A DNA stretch of 32,000 nt, taken from Propionibacterium freudenreichii subsp. freudenreichii (GTDB lineage: Bacteria > Actinomycetota > Actinomycetes > Propionibacteriales > Propionibacteriaceae). Numbering within the stretch: position 1 is the stretch's first letter; every line of letters starts with the position of its first letter. The notes beneath the pieces are model-generated. The model had not been told where the DNA came from. It saw only the letters and a program-made list of their open reading frames with translations, and made no database searches. Of this stretch, positions 6,711 through 15,575 are shown in pieces. The position numbers and the translations under genes were made by a program. Where the stretch lies: positions 1,650,001 to 1,682,000 of the forward strand of contig NZ_CP010341.1 of assembly GCF_000940845.1 (NCBI RefSeq), read 5' to 3'.

Positions 6711-8210
6711 TCAGCGCCTGTCGTTGGCCACCACGGTGCCATCGACGGGACCATCCTCGCCGCGCATATAGCTCGGCAGCTTGACCTTCTCGACCCAGTC
6801 GATCGGCTTCAGCCGGTGGATGCGCATGGTGTTGGTCTTGCCGACCATGCCGATCGGGGAACCGAAGATGATCACCACGACGTCGTCGGGTGCCGCCAGA
6901 CCGAGGTCCTGCAGGGTGCGGTTGACGGCGGTGACCATTTCCTCGTTGCTGGAGTAACTGGGGGTGTGGAACACCTGGGCGCCCCAACACAGCGTCAGCC
7001 ACTGGGCGGTCTTCGCCTCGGGGGTGAAGACCAGCAGCGGAATGTCATTGCGCAGCCGCGACATGCGGCGTGCGGTATCACCCGACTGGGTGAAGGCCAC
7101 CAGGAACTTGGCTCCCAGCTGCACACCCGAGGTGGCGGCAGCCATGGCAATGACGCCGCCGGTGGTGTGGGGATCCCACTTGATCTTCGAGATGTCGGTG
7201 AGGCCCTCGCCCTCGGTGGTGGAGACGATATTGGCCATCGTCTCCACGGTGGTCACCGGGAAGGCACCCACCGAGGTCTCGCCGGACAGCATCACGGCAT
7301 CGGCACCGTCGAGCACGGCATTGGCCACATCGGAGGCCTCGGCGCGGGTCGGGCGCGGATTGCTGATCATCGAATCCAGCATCTGGGTGGCCACGATCAC
7401 CGGCTTGGCCCACTTGCGGGCCTTGCGGATGATGGTCTTCTGCACCAGCGGCACCTGCTCGAGGGGCATCTCGACACCCAGGTCGCCGCGGGCAACCATG
7501 AAGCCGTCAAAGGCGTCGATGATCTCGTCGAGGTTCTCGATGGCCTGCGGCTTCTCGAGCTTGGCGATCACCGGCAGGTGCATGTCCTCCTCGTCCATGA
7601 TCTCGTGGACGCGGTCGATGTCGGCGGCATGGCGCACGAAGGACAGCGCGATCATGTCGAAGTCGTTGCGCAAGGCCCAGCGCAGGTCGTTCTCGTCCTT
7701 CTCGGACAGCGCGGGCACGTTGACGGCAACGCCGGGCAGGTTGATGCCCTTGTGGTTGCTCACGGGGCCGGCAACGGTGACCTTGGTGATCACATCGGTG
7801 TCGGTGACGCCGGTGGCCTCCAGCTGGATGTTGCCATCGTCGATGAGGATGCGGTCGCCGGCCTTCACGTCGGCGGGCAGTCCCTTGTAGGTGGTTGACG
7901 CGCGGTGGGCGTCGCCGGGGACGTCATCGGTGGTGATGATGAACTCCTGGCCGAGCGCGAGCTCGGCCTTCCCGTCGGCGAAGACACCCAACCTGATCTT
8001 GGGGCCCTGAAGGTCTGCCAGCAGGCCCACGGTCTTACCGACCGCCTCGGCCGCGGCACGCGTCTCCTCAAGGCGACGCAGGTGTTCGGAATGGTCCCCG
8101 TGGCTCATATTGAACCGGGCCACATCCAAACCCGCGTGAATCATCTCTTCCATACGCTCCTGGGTCGACGTTGCCGGCCCGAGCGTGCACACAATCTTGG
8201 CTCTACGCAC
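6711..8210 (-). CDS. pyk: Pyruvate kinase, 499 aa from the GTG at 8210 (the ORF track start at 8216 is a TTG)
   Basis: (M)RRAKIVCTLGPAT, NMSHGDH, EKPQAIENLDEII, MVARGDLGVEMP, VATQMLDSM. The GTG at 8210 gives the canonical MRRAKIVCTLGP N-terminus. It lies 6 nt after a TAGGGT hexamer. Confidence 0.95.
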   Translation of the reverse strand: MRRAKIVCTLGPATSTQERMEEMIHAGLDVARFNMSHGDHSEHLRRLEETRAAAEAVGKTVGLLADLQGPKIRLGVFADGKAELALGQEFIITTDDVPGDAHRASTTYKGLPADVKAGDRILIDDGNIQLEATGVTDTDVITKVTVAGPVSNHKGINLPGVAVNVPALSEKDENDLRWALRNDFDMIALSFVRHAADIDRVHEIMDEEDMHLPVIAKLEKPQAIENLDEIIDAFDGFMVARGDLGVEMPLEQVPLVQKTIIRKARKWAKPVIVATQMLDSMISNPRPTRAEASDVANAVLDGADAVMLSGETSVGAFPVTTVETMANIVSTTEGEGLTDISKIKWDPHTTGGVIAMAAATSGVQLGAKFLVAFTQSGDTARRMSRLRNDIPLLVFTPEAKTAQWLTLCWGAQVFHTPSYSSNEEMVTAVNRTLQDLGLAAPDDVVVIIFGSPIGMVGKTNTMRIHRLKPIDWVEKVKLPSYMRGEDGPVDGTVVANDRR

Positions 8211-8216
8211 ACCCAA

Positions 8217-8222
8217 ACCCTA
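8217..8222 (-). promoter_or_regulatory. Candidate -10 hexamer TAGGGT placed for a leaderless pyk transcript
   Basis: Minus strand reads gg-TAGGGT-ttgggt-GTG-CGT-AGA(-GCC-AAG), i.e. TANNNT-N6-GTG. Confidence 0.4.
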
Positions 8223-8268
8223 CCCGGGACGGTGCTGACGGCCCTGCTCCGGCCCCCCGGATGGGAGA

Positions 8269-8286
8269 ACGTTCACAGGACGTTCA
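8269..8286 (-). repeat. Direct repeat TGAACGT-N4-TGAACGT (11-bp phase) upstream of pyk
   Basis: Plus strand ACGTTCA at 8269-8275 and 8280-8286. The first copy sits in the palindrome GAACGTTC (8267-8274). This lies about 59-76 nt upstream of the proposed pyk start/TSS at 8210. Confidence 0.5.
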
Positions 8287-8412
8287 TCGCCGAGGGCGAA
8301 CGCGCCACGACGGGGAGGCAAGCCCGGCGGCCGGCCGGCCGAGGCCCGGACCCGTGGTCGCTCGGCACATCCGCTGCGCTGTTTCCCCGGCCGCGATCCA
8401 CTCGCCGCCGGG

Positions 8413-8468
8413 CCTTCGGGACCGCGACTCACGCGTCACCGGACCTTCGGAACCGCGACTCACTCGTC
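8413..8468. repeat. Tandem 31-bp duplication spanning the rluD stop codon
   Basis: ccttcgggaccgcgactcacgcgtc (8413-8437) vs ccttcggaaccgcgactcactcgtc (8444-8468). 23/25 identical, offset 31 nt. Copy 2 contains the real TGA (tca 8460-8462). Confidence 0.7.
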
Positions 8469-9380
8469 GCGGAGGGCCTCCAGGGCGTGCTGCAGGTCTG
8501 CGGGCGGATCGGAATGGTATTCGACGTGCTCGCCGTTGCCCGGATGCACGAAGCCCAGGTCGGCGGCGTGCAACCACTGGCGCTCGAGCCCCAGCTGGGC
8601 GGCGAGCACGGGATCGGCACCGTAGAGGGGATCTCCGACGCAGGGATGGTGCAGTGCGGCGAAATGCACCCGGATCTGGTGGGTGCGTCCGGTCTCGAGG
8701 TGCACCCGCAGCAGCGAGGCCCCGCGCATCATCTCGACCGTCTCGTAATGGGTGACGCTGGGACGCCCATCGGCGGTGACCGCGAACTTCCATTCCGAGC
8801 CCGGATGGCGTCCGATGGGCGCATCGATGGTGCCCTCGCTGGCGTCCAGGTGGCCCTGCACCAGGGCCAGGTAGTACTTGTCGACGGTGCGGTCGCGGAA
8901 GGCGCGCTTGAGCAGGGTGTAGGCCCGCTCCGACTTCGCCACGACCATCAGCCCCGAGGTGCCCACGTCCAGGCGGTGCACGATGCCCTGCCGTTCCGCG
9001 GCCCCGGAGGTGGAGATCCGGAAGCCGGCACCGGCCAGTCCACTGACCACATCGGGCCCGTCCCATCCGACCGACGGATGGGCGGCGACGCCCGCGGGCT
9101 TGTCGACCACCACGATGTCGGCATCGTCGTGCACGATGCGCATGCCCTCCACGACGGCCGGCGTGACCCGCGCGACCCGGGTGGGTTCCGACAGGTCGAT
9201 GTCAATGGTCTGTCCCCCGCGCACCCGCTCGGAGGCCTTGACGACGGTGGAGCCGTCCAGCAGCACCTTCCCCTCACCGATGAGGTCGACGACACGTGAA
9301 CGCGACAGGCCGGTCATCCGGGCCGCGGCGGCATCGATGCGCTGGCCCTCCAGGCCGTCCGGGACGAACAGGACGCTCAC
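8460..9380 (-). CDS. rluD: RluA/RluD-family 23S rRNA pseudouridine synthase, 306 aa
   Basis: GTG start at 9380 overlaps the lspA stop (GTGA). N-terminal S4-like [30 protein letters not shown]. Catalytic motif [16 protein letters not shown]. Also GRTHQIRVH. Confidence 0.9.
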   Translation of the reverse strand: MSVLFVPDGLEGQRIDAAAARMTGLSRSRVVDLIGEGKVLLDGSTVVKASERVRGGQTIDIDLSEPTRVARVTPAVVEGMRIVHDDADIVVVDKPAGVAAHPSVGWDGPDVVSGLAGAGFRISTSGAAERQGIVHRLDVGTSGLMVVAKSERAYTLLKRAFRDRTVDKYYLALVQGHLDASEGTIDAPIGRHPGSEWKFAVTADGRPSVTHYETVEMMRGASLLRVHLETGRTHQIRVHFAALHHPCVGDPLYGADPVLAAQLGLERQWLHAADLGFVHPGNGEHVEYHSDPPADLQHALEALRDE

Positions 9381-9922
9381 GATGACCCACCTTCCTGATG
9401 GTCTTCCCGCCGGTGGTCGGTGGCCGCGACGGGCTCCGGGCGCCCGGAGCCCGGGCCGGGACCCGCATGATCAGCGCGCAGCAGGTAGATGGCGAACAGC
9501 ACCACCGAGCAGGTGATGAACACGTCCGCCACGTTGAACACGGCGAAGTGCTGTACCGAGATGAAGTCGACCACGTGGCCGCGCAGGAATCCGGGCGGAC
9601 GCACCAGGCGGTCGGTGAGGTTGCCGGCGATGCCGCAGGCGACCATGCCTGCGCACAAGCTCGTGAGCCATCCGTGGGCGCGCGGCCATCCCCAGCCGAT
9701 GACGGCCACGAGGGCGGCGATGGACAACACGGAGAACACGATCGTCACCGAACTGCCCATGGAGAAGGCCGCACCGGGATTGAGCACCAGCTGCAGGCTG
9801 ACCCAGCCATTGAGGAAACTCGGACCATCCGTGGTCGCGAGGTGGGTGAGGGCCAGCTGCTTGGTCCACCGGTCGAGGGCATAGCCGACGAGTGCCACCG
9901 CCACCATGGCGGTGCGCATCAT
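9377..9922 (-). CDS. lspA: Lipoprotein signal peptidase II, 181 aa from the ATG at 9922 (alternatives: GTG 9961 or GTG 10015)
   Basis: [24 protein letters not shown]..., NPGAAFSMG, and [18 protein letters not shown] (Asp motifs). Four predicted TM segments. The start at 10015 would overlap the upstream zinc-finger gene by 37 nt, so it is disfavoured. Confidence 0.85.
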   Translation of the reverse strand: MMRTAMVAVALVGYALDRWTKQLALTHLATTDGPSFLNGWVSLQLVLNPGAAFSMGSSVTIVFSVLSIAALVAVIGWGWPRAHGWLTSLCAGMVACGIAGNLTDRLVRPPGFLRGHVVDFISVQHFAVFNVADVFITCSVVLFAIYLLRADHAGPGPGSGRPEPVAATDHRREDHQEGGSS

Positions 9923-9978
9923 CGTCAGCGGTCTCGTCGTCGACTGTCCGGGTGTGGCCACGTCTGCAATGCGCCGGC

Positions 9979-10407
9979 TCAGCGCCGTTCCAGGCGCGTC
10001 TTGCACTTCACGCACATGGTGGCCTTCGGGAAGGCCTCGAGGCGTGCCTTGCCAATCGGATTTCCGCAGTTCTCACAGAACCCGAACTGACCCTCATCGA
10101 GGCGACGCAACGCCGACTCGTTCTGCTCCAACAACTCACGCGTATTCGCGTTGAGGCTCATTTCCTGGTCGCGCTCGAAGTTGGACGATCCGACGTCGCC
10201 GGGATCCTTCCCGGTGGCCTCGATGCCCTCGTCCATCAGCGTGGCCAATTCCTCATCCGAGGTCTCAACGGCCTTGCGCATGCGTGCGATTTCCGAGACC
10301 AGCTCCTCGCGGACCTCGGCAATCTCCTCCGCAGTCCACGGCTTCTCACCCTCGAGGACTGGCAGGTCGACTGTGGTTACGGACGCTGTCTTGCCCTTCA
10401 CTGCCAT
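9979..10407 (-). CDS. TraR/DksA-family C4 zinc-finger protein, 142 aa from the ATG at 10407 (the ORF track start at 10416 is a TTG)
   Basis: C-terminal CENCGNPIGKARLEAFPKATMCVKCK (CxxC-N17-CxxC) and an acidic coiled-coil N-terminal part. The position between divIVA and lspA is common in actinobacteria. Confidence 0.8.
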   Translation of the reverse strand: MAVKGKTASVTTVDLPVLEGEKPWTAEEIAEVREELVSEIARMRKAVETSDEELATLMDEGIEATGKDPGDVGSSNFERDQEMSLNANTRELLEQNESALRRLDEGQFGFCENCGNPIGKARLEAFPKATMCVKCKTRLERR

Positions 10408-10481
10408 CAGTTCCAACTCTCTTGGTCGTGGATTTACAACTGATGGCAGAGGCTACACCCGCCGTCAAGCCCGGCAGATGC

Positions 10482-11480
10482 CTACTCGGACTTACGGTCT
10501 TCCAGCAGTGCGTGCAGGCGCGGGCTATCGTCCTCGGACTCCGGCGACAGGCTCAGCTTGGAGAACCTGCTCAGCGAGCTCTCCAGCTCGTTCTTGATGG
10601 TGGTGCGGTAGTCGGACTCGAAGCCGCGCAGGGCCTTGATGCGGTCAGCGAGCTGGTCGCGCTGAACCTCCAGCGCCTGGAACAACTCCGTGCGCTTTGC
10701 GGCGACCTCGGAATCCAGGTTGTCGGCGCGACGCTGTGCGTCGCCGGTGATGCGCTCCGCGTTGTTACGCGATTCGTAGTCGAGCCGCGCGGCCTTCTGG
10801 GTGGCTTCCTCGACCATGGCGTCCGCCTTGGTCTTGGCCTCGGAGCGCGTGCGCTCGGCATCGGCATTGCTGCGGGCCACCAGGCTGTCGGCCTGTTCGT
10901 GGGCCTCCGAGACCAGCTGATCGGCCTGCTGGGTGGCCATCTCGAGCAGTCGGGCTGCCCAAGCGCCTGCCTCGGCGGAAGCGGTCACGGTGATGTGCTG
11001 CTCGCCATCGGCCGACACGATCGGCTGCGATGCGGTGGCGGCCGCTGCGTTCTGCGCCGCCCGCGACTGGGCCTCGGACAGCTGGCTGCGCAGGCCCTCG
11101 AGCTCATTGCGCAGATGCTCGTTCTCGGTGGTGAGCTGCTGGTTGGCGGCCGAATCACGACCACCGGAGGTGCGCAGCTCGTTGAGCTGGCCCCGCAACT
11201 GCTCGTTCTCGCCGGTGAGGCGCTCCACATCAGAGGTGAGCTTCTTGTTGCTCCCGGTGAGGTCCTCGATCTGGCTGGTGAGCTCAGAGACCTTGGCGTC
11301 ATCGCTGCCGGTTGCAGCGCCGCCCTGCTTGAGCTTGTCCAGTTCCTCGGTCAGCTGCGCATAGCTGACCTCAAGGTCATCCATGAACTTGTCAACCGAA
11401 CTGGCACGGTAGCCATCCTCATTGGGCTTACGGGCCAACGGGAAACGAATACTGCGGACCTCATCAAGGGACAGCGTCAT
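10482..11480 (-). CDS. divIVA: DivIVA/Wag31 polar growth and division protein, 332 aa
   Basis: ORF 10482..11534 trimmed to the ATG at 11480, which is preceded by GGAG 7 nt upstream. N-terminus MTLSLDEVRSIRFPLARKPNEDGYRASSVDKFMDDLE matches the DivIVA lipid-binding domain pattern. The rest is a long heptad-rich coiled coil. Confidence 0.9.
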   Translation of the reverse strand: MTLSLDEVRSIRFPLARKPNEDGYRASSVDKFMDDLEVSYAQLTEELDKLKQGGAATGSDDAKVSELTSQIEDLTGSNKKLTSDVERLTGENEQLRGQLNELRTSGGRDSAANQQLTTENEHLRNELEGLRSQLSEAQSRAAQNAAAATASQPIVSADGEQHITVTASAEAGAWAARLLEMATQQADQLVSEAHEQADSLVARSNADAERTRSEAKTKADAMVEEATQKAARLDYESRNNAERITGDAQRRADNLDSEVAAKRTELFQALEVQRDQLADRIKALRGFESDYRTTIKNELESSLSRFSKLSLSPESEDDSPRLHALLEDRKSE

Positions 11481-11586
11481 TGTGCGCTCCAAACCTCGCT
11501 GCTGTGATTCTCTTACCCGCAACTGCGGGGACACCGAAAGAGGCTACCCTTCCGGAACCCACCAGGTCGCGCCGACCCGGCAAAGC

Positions 11587-11608
11587 TCGACCCTTGGTTG
11601 AGGGTCGA
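11587..11608 (-). terminator. Hairpin 8 nt after the yggT stop; possible attenuator or terminator before divIVA
   Basis: TCGACCCT (11587-11594) / AGGGTCGA (11601-11608), an 8-bp stem with a 6-nt loop. It is followed on the minus strand by GCUUUGCC. Confidence 0.4.
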
Positions 11609-11616
11609 ACGGGGGC

Positions 11617-11910
11617 TCAGGCGAAGATGACGAGCACTCGTTGGGCCACGATGATGGCCAGCACGACCACGAGGAATCCCATGTCCAACCCGACCGAGCC
11701 GATGTGCACCGGCCGGATGACGCGACTCACGAATTTCAGGGGCGGATCGGTCAGTGTGTAGATGATCTCGAAGATCACCAGGATCGGTCCCCGGGGGCGC
11801 CAGTTCGGCGCGAACAGGGGAACCCACGACATGATGGCTCGCACGAACAGCAGCCCAAGGTACACATTGAGCAGGATCAGCAAAACGCGCGCGGTGTAGG
11901 CGATCAGCAC
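11617..11910 (-). CDS. yggT: YggT (YlmG) family membrane protein, 97 aa
   Basis: GTG start 3 nt after the sepF stop. Two hydrophobic helices. VRAIMSWVP...LTDPPLKFVSRVIRP matches the YggT pattern (...W......P......T.P.L.P.R..IP). Confidence 0.85.
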   Translation of the reverse strand: MLIAYTARVLLILLNVYLGLLFVRAIMSWVPLFAPNWRPRGPILVIFEIIYTLTDPPLKFVSRVIRPVHIGSVGLDMGFLVVVLAIIVAQRVLVIFA

Positions 11911-11913
11911 GGG

Positions 11914-12435
11914 TCAGCTCTGGTTGAAGAAGCTCGAGGTGGCCAGGCGCTGCTTGTCCTCGGCGGTGACATTGACGTTGCGGGGGCTCAGCAGGAAGAC
12001 CTTCGAGGTGACGCGCTCGATGGAGCCGTGCAATCCGAAGATCAGCCCGGCGGCGAAGTCGACCAGCCGCTTGGCGTCGGAGTCGTCCATGTCGGTGAGG
12101 TTCATGATCACCGGCGTGCCGTCGCGGAAAGCCTCCCCGATGGTGCGGGCCTCGTTGTACGTGCGGGGTCGAACGCTGATGATGCGGGCCAGGTCCGCAG
12201 TCTGGGTCACCTGGGCGTGGGGATGGTCCTTCGTTGCCACATCGGTGGTCGCGGCACCCGTCTCGACGCCGGCACCGTTGGCGGCCAACTCGCGGACGGG
12301 GGGCTGCTCAGCACCGGCCTGGCCGTCCTCGATGTACACGGATTCGGAGTACTCCTCCTCGGGGGCTTCCTCGTCGTAGCGGTCGTCGGTCACAAGACCC
12401 AGCCATACTGCGGCCTTTTTGACTAGTTCCGGCAT
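11914..12435 (-). CDS. sepF: Cell division protein SepF, 173 aa
   Basis: ATG preceded by GAGAAGGGG. N-terminal amphipathic [15 protein letters not shown]. Conserved core [66 protein letters not shown]. Confidence 0.92.
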   Translation of the reverse strand: MPELVKKAAVWLGLVTDDRYDEEAPEEEYSESVYIEDGQAGAEQPPVRELAANGAGVETGAATTDVATKDHPHAQVTQTADLARIISVRPRTYNEARTIGEAFRDGTPVIMNLTDMDDSDAKRLVDFAAGLIFGLHGSIERVTSKVFLLSPRNVNVTAEDKQRLATSSFFNQS

Positions 12436-12586
12436 GAAGAGCCCCTTCTCCTTGCGTCGCGCCCCATCAGGTGTGCGGCACCCAAGAGGTTACCCGGTTG
12501 GCCAGCGCGCCACACGGCGCATTGCGGCGTGGCGCCCTGAATTCGATGACCCCGCGCACGCCACGACGCGACGGCCGTCGGGCGGC

Positions 12587-13375
12587 TCACGACGTGCTCC
12601 CGTCGCGCCAGATGAGGCCTATCTGGCGTCCGGCGCGGCCCCTGCTCCCCCGGTGGCTGAACAGGGTGTCGGGGTGCTCCAGGGTGCAGGGATCGACACG
12701 GTGCACCCGCACCCCGGCCGCCTCGAGCACCGCCTGGGTGCCTGCGCCGAGGTCGAGCGAGGCCGTGTGCCAGCGACTGCGCGCCCGCAGGGCGGGCAAC
12801 GCCCGGTAGGCCTGGGCGGCCATGTCGTCGGGCACCTCGTAACAGCGCCCACAGATGTGGGGACCCACCCATGCCTCCAGCGACGTGGCACCCCGGGAGG
12901 CCATGGCGTCGACGGTGGCCTGCAGCACCCGGGTCAGCAGGCCGACGCGCCCGGCGTGGGCCGCACCGATCACCCCGGCGTGCACATCGGCCAGCACCAC
13001 GGGAACGCAGTCGGCCACCCGAATGGCCAGGGGCACGTCGGGCAGCGTGCACACGATGGAGTCGGCGACCGGCACGGGAGCACCACCGGGGACCAGGTCA
13101 CCCAGCCAGCCCTCAGGGCCCTGGAGGTCATCGACCCGATCGATGTGGCGAATCATGGTGCCGTGCACCTGATGGACCGTCTGCAGGGGCGCGATCCCCA
13201 GCCGGGCGCGCAGCAGGGACATATTGGTGCGCAATGCCGCGAGCTCGTCGACGTCGGTGCGCCCGAAGTTGAGGGACCTGAATCCGCCCACGGACACGCC
13301 GCCACGCCGGTCGGTGAAGGCCACGCCCACATCGCCGACCCCGCGCGGCGTCGGCTCACGCAGGTAACTGAACAT
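12587..13375 (-). CDS. pgeF: YfiH/YlmD (DUF152, laccase-domain) protein PgeF, 262 aa
   Basis: FTDRRGGVS, LQTVHQVHGT, ADCVPVVLAD, GAAHAGRVGL and HICGRCYEV (His/Cys/His metal site pattern). Starts 9 nt after the ftsZ stop. Confidence 0.9.
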   Translation of the reverse strand: MFSYLREPTPRGVGDVGVAFTDRRGGVSVGGFRSLNFGRTDVDELAALRTNMSLLRARLGIAPLQTVHQVHGTMIRHIDRVDDLQGPEGWLGDLVPGGAPVPVADSIVCTLPDVPLAIRVADCVPVVLADVHAGVIGAAHAGRVGLLTRVLQATVDAMASRGATSLEAWVGPHICGRCYEVPDDMAAQAYRALPALRARSRWHTASLDLGAGTQAVLEAAGVRVHRVDPCTLEHPDTLFSHRGSRGRAGRQIGLIWRDGSTS

Positions 13376-13384
13376 GGACCAGTT

Positions 13385-14626
13385 CTACTTCATGAAATCA
13401 GGAACGTCGAGATCGTCGTCATCGTCGGGCGGCAACTGCGTGCGCTGGGGAGCGGGCTGTGCCGGCGGATTGGTGCGTCGGGTCGGCTCATCGAACTCGG
13501 GGCCGGCCTCGGGGGCGTGGCCCTGGGGAACCAGGGGCGTGCGCACCGTGGTCTCCGGTTGCGCCGCGGGGGCCTGTGCGTGGGCGGGTGCCTCGCCGGC
13601 TCCCGGGTTCTGGCGCGGGGTGGCCGTCGGGTTCGGACTGGCGGCGGGCTTGCGCACCTTGCCGTCCTGGGGACCATGGTTGGCGTCAAAGCCGGCCGCG
13701 ATCACGGTCACGCGCACCTCATCGCCCAGGGCGTCGTCGATCACGGTGCCGAAGATGATGTTGGCGTCGTCGGCGGCAGCCTCCTCGATGAGGTTCGCCG
13801 CCTCGCTGACCTCGAACAAGCCCAGGTCGGAACCACCGGCGATCGACAGCAGGACTCCCCTGGCACCGTCTATGGTCGCCTCCAGCAGCGGGCTGTTGAT
13901 GGCCTGCTCGGCGGCGGTGCGGGCACGGTCCTCGCCGCGGGCCGAGCCAATGCCCATGAGGGCCGAGCCGGCGTCGCTCATGACCGACTTCACGTCGGCG
14001 AAGTCAAGGTTGATCAGCCCCGGAGTGGTGATCAGGTCGGTGATACCCGAGACGCCCTGCATCAGCACCTGGTCGGCTTGCTTGAAGGCGTCCAGGATGG
14101 CCACCTGGCGGTCGGTCATCTCCAGCAGCTTGTCGTTGGGGATGACGATCAGGGTGTCGACCTCTTCGCGCAGGCGCTGGATGCCCTCCTCCGCCTGCTT
14201 GGCCCGACGCTTGCCCTCGAAGCCGAAGGGGCGCGTCACGACGCCTATGGTCAGGGCCCCCAGGGAACGGGCCAGCTTGGCCACCACGGGTGCGCCACCG
14301 GTGCCGGTGCCACCGCCCTCGCCAGCCGTCACGAAGACCATGTCGGCCTCCTTGAGGGTGGCCTCGATCTCGTCGGCGTGATCCTCGGCCGCCTGGCGGC
14401 CCTTGTCCGGATCGGCGCCGGCGCCGAGTCCGCGGGTGAGCTCCCGGCCGATATCGAGCTTCACATCGGCGTCGCTGAGCAACAATGCCTGCGCGTCGGT
14501 ATTCACCGCCACGAATTCAACGCCCTTGAGGCCTTCTTCGATCATGCGGTTCACCGCATTGACGCCACCGCCGCCAACGCCCACCACTTTGATGACCGCC
14601 AGGTACTTTTGCGACGCTGCTGTCAC
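13385..14626 (-). CDS. ftsZ: Cell division GTPase FtsZ, 413 aa
   Basis: GTG start preceded by [24 protein letters not shown], tubulin signature [13 protein letters not shown], a Pro/Ala-rich linker and the C-terminal peptide [13 protein letters not shown]. Confidence 0.98.
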   Translation of the reverse strand: MTAASQKYLAVIKVVGVGGGGVNAVNRMIEEGLKGVEFVAVNTDAQALLLSDADVKLDIGRELTRGLGAGADPDKGRQAAEDHADEIEATLKEADMVFVTAGEGGGTGTGGAPVVAKLARSLGALTIGVVTRPFGFEGKRRAKQAEEGIQRLREEVDTLIVIPNDKLLEMTDRQVAILDAFKQADQVLMQGVSGITDLITTPGLINLDFADVKSVMSDAGSALMGIGSARGEDRARTAAEQAINSPLLEATIDGARGVLLSIAGGSDLGLFEVSEAANLIEEAAADDANIIFGTVIDDALGDEVRVTVIAAGFDANHGPQDGKVRKPAASPNPTATPRQNPGAGEAPAHAQAPAAQPETTVRTPLVPQGHAPEAGPEFDEPTRRTNPPAQPAPQRTQLPPDDDDDLDVPDFMK

Positions 14627-14843
14627 GAGAGTCCGCCTCTTTCTTGCTGATCGTGCCGAATCAACGACCGTGTCGAAATGCTCATGAACGCTCTTCGTTC
14701 CACCGACACGGGCGGCCCGCTGCGCAGTGTCAGGCTATGGAAGGCCGGGCGGGGGTGTCCACTGGGACCCTGCCACCCGCCTGAGAGCCTCAACCATGGG
14801 TCGAGACATTGGGGCTTTCGCAGCATCTGCACAGCCGATCCAC

Positions 14844-15575
14844 CTATTTCACCGCGGGATGCGACACCGATGAGATGTCGAAGGTTGCGCCGCCCTGTCC
14901 CAGCAATACGGGCAGCAGGGCCGCCTTGTCGCCGGATTGGTCCGCACTGCCCCAGAACACCGCCTGGTCATTATCCAACTGCAACAGGATGTTGTCACTG
15001 GAACTGGCGGAAACCGACTGCACCCGCGTCTTGACCTGGGGGCTGAGGGAGTCAAGCGCCGTGGCCACATCAGCGCGCAATTGCTGGCTGGCATTGCCCG
15101 GCAGGTGGGCGATCGGGGCCTGTTGGGAATCCTTGGTCATATTGAAGACCGCTCCGGTCTCATCGGTCCACTGGAAGCTGCCGGCGTCCTGCGCCTGGTA
15201 GACGAGCTTGCGTTCGGTGACCTGCAGGGTCACCGAACTGGGCCAGGAACGTGTCAGGTGGCAGGAGGCCATCACCGGCAGCTTCACGACGCGCTGTTCG
15301 ATCGCGTGGGCATTGAGTCCGGCCAGCGAGCTCCCCTTGGCGATGCCGGCGGCCTGGCGCACCTGGTCATCGGTGACCACGTGGGCACCCTCGACGTTGA
15401 CCTGGGAGACGGTGAGGAAGGGGGAGAGGTAGAACACCCATCCGATCACCAGCAGCAGGCCGACCGCCGCGGCGGTCCAGCCCAGTCGCCGCCGACGCCT
15501 GCGCAACCGGGCCTGGCGGCGCACCTGGAGTGCGGGATCGATAGCGGCGGGCGGCAGGACCGGGTCGGCGCTCAC
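14844..15575 (-). CDS. ftsQ: Cell division protein FtsQ, 243 aa
   Basis: GTG start overlaps the murC stop (GTGA). Arg-rich cytoplasmic tail (RRQARLRRRRRRLG), one TM helix, and a POTRA-like segment VSQVNVEGAHVVTDDQVRQAAGI. Confidence 0.85.
   Translation of the reverse strand: MSADPVLPPAAIDPALQVRRQARLRRRRRRLGWTAAAVGLLLVIGWVFYLSPFLTVSQVNVEGAHVVTDDQVRQAAGIAKGSSLAGLNAHAIEQRVVKLPVMASCHLTRSWPSSVTLQVTERKLVYQAQDAGSFQWTDETGAVFNMTKDSQQAPIAHLPGNASQQLRADVATALDSLSPQVKTRVQSVSASSSDNILLQLDNDQAVFWGSADQSGDKAALLPVLLGQGGATFDISSVSHPAVK

Noticed and set aside
9923-10015. Longer lspA form starting at the GTG at 10015.
   Set aside because: It would overlap the 3' end of the zinc-finger gene by 37 nt. It would also add a non-hydrophobic 31-aa leader with no homology. 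The ATG at 9922 gives a typical LspA N-terminus. The GTG at 9961 remains a possible alternative.
12419-14650. 743-aa plus-strand ORF spanning the antisense of pgeF and ftsZ.
   Set aside because: It crosses two well-supported minus-strand genes and their junction. It is low-complexity Gly/Arg/His/Val-rich, so it is an artefact.
14623-14832. 69-codon minus-strand ORF filling the ftsQ-ftsZ spacer and ending in a GTGA overlap with the ftsZ start.
   Set aside because: The geometry is tempting. However, its hand-counted third-position G/C (about 70%) is clearly below the roughly 80% I counted over the first 51 murD codons. It has a GTG start without an SD, and the peptide is featureless. This spacer is expected to hold the ftsZ promoters and the AAGAAAGAGG SD. 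Ribo-seq would settle it.
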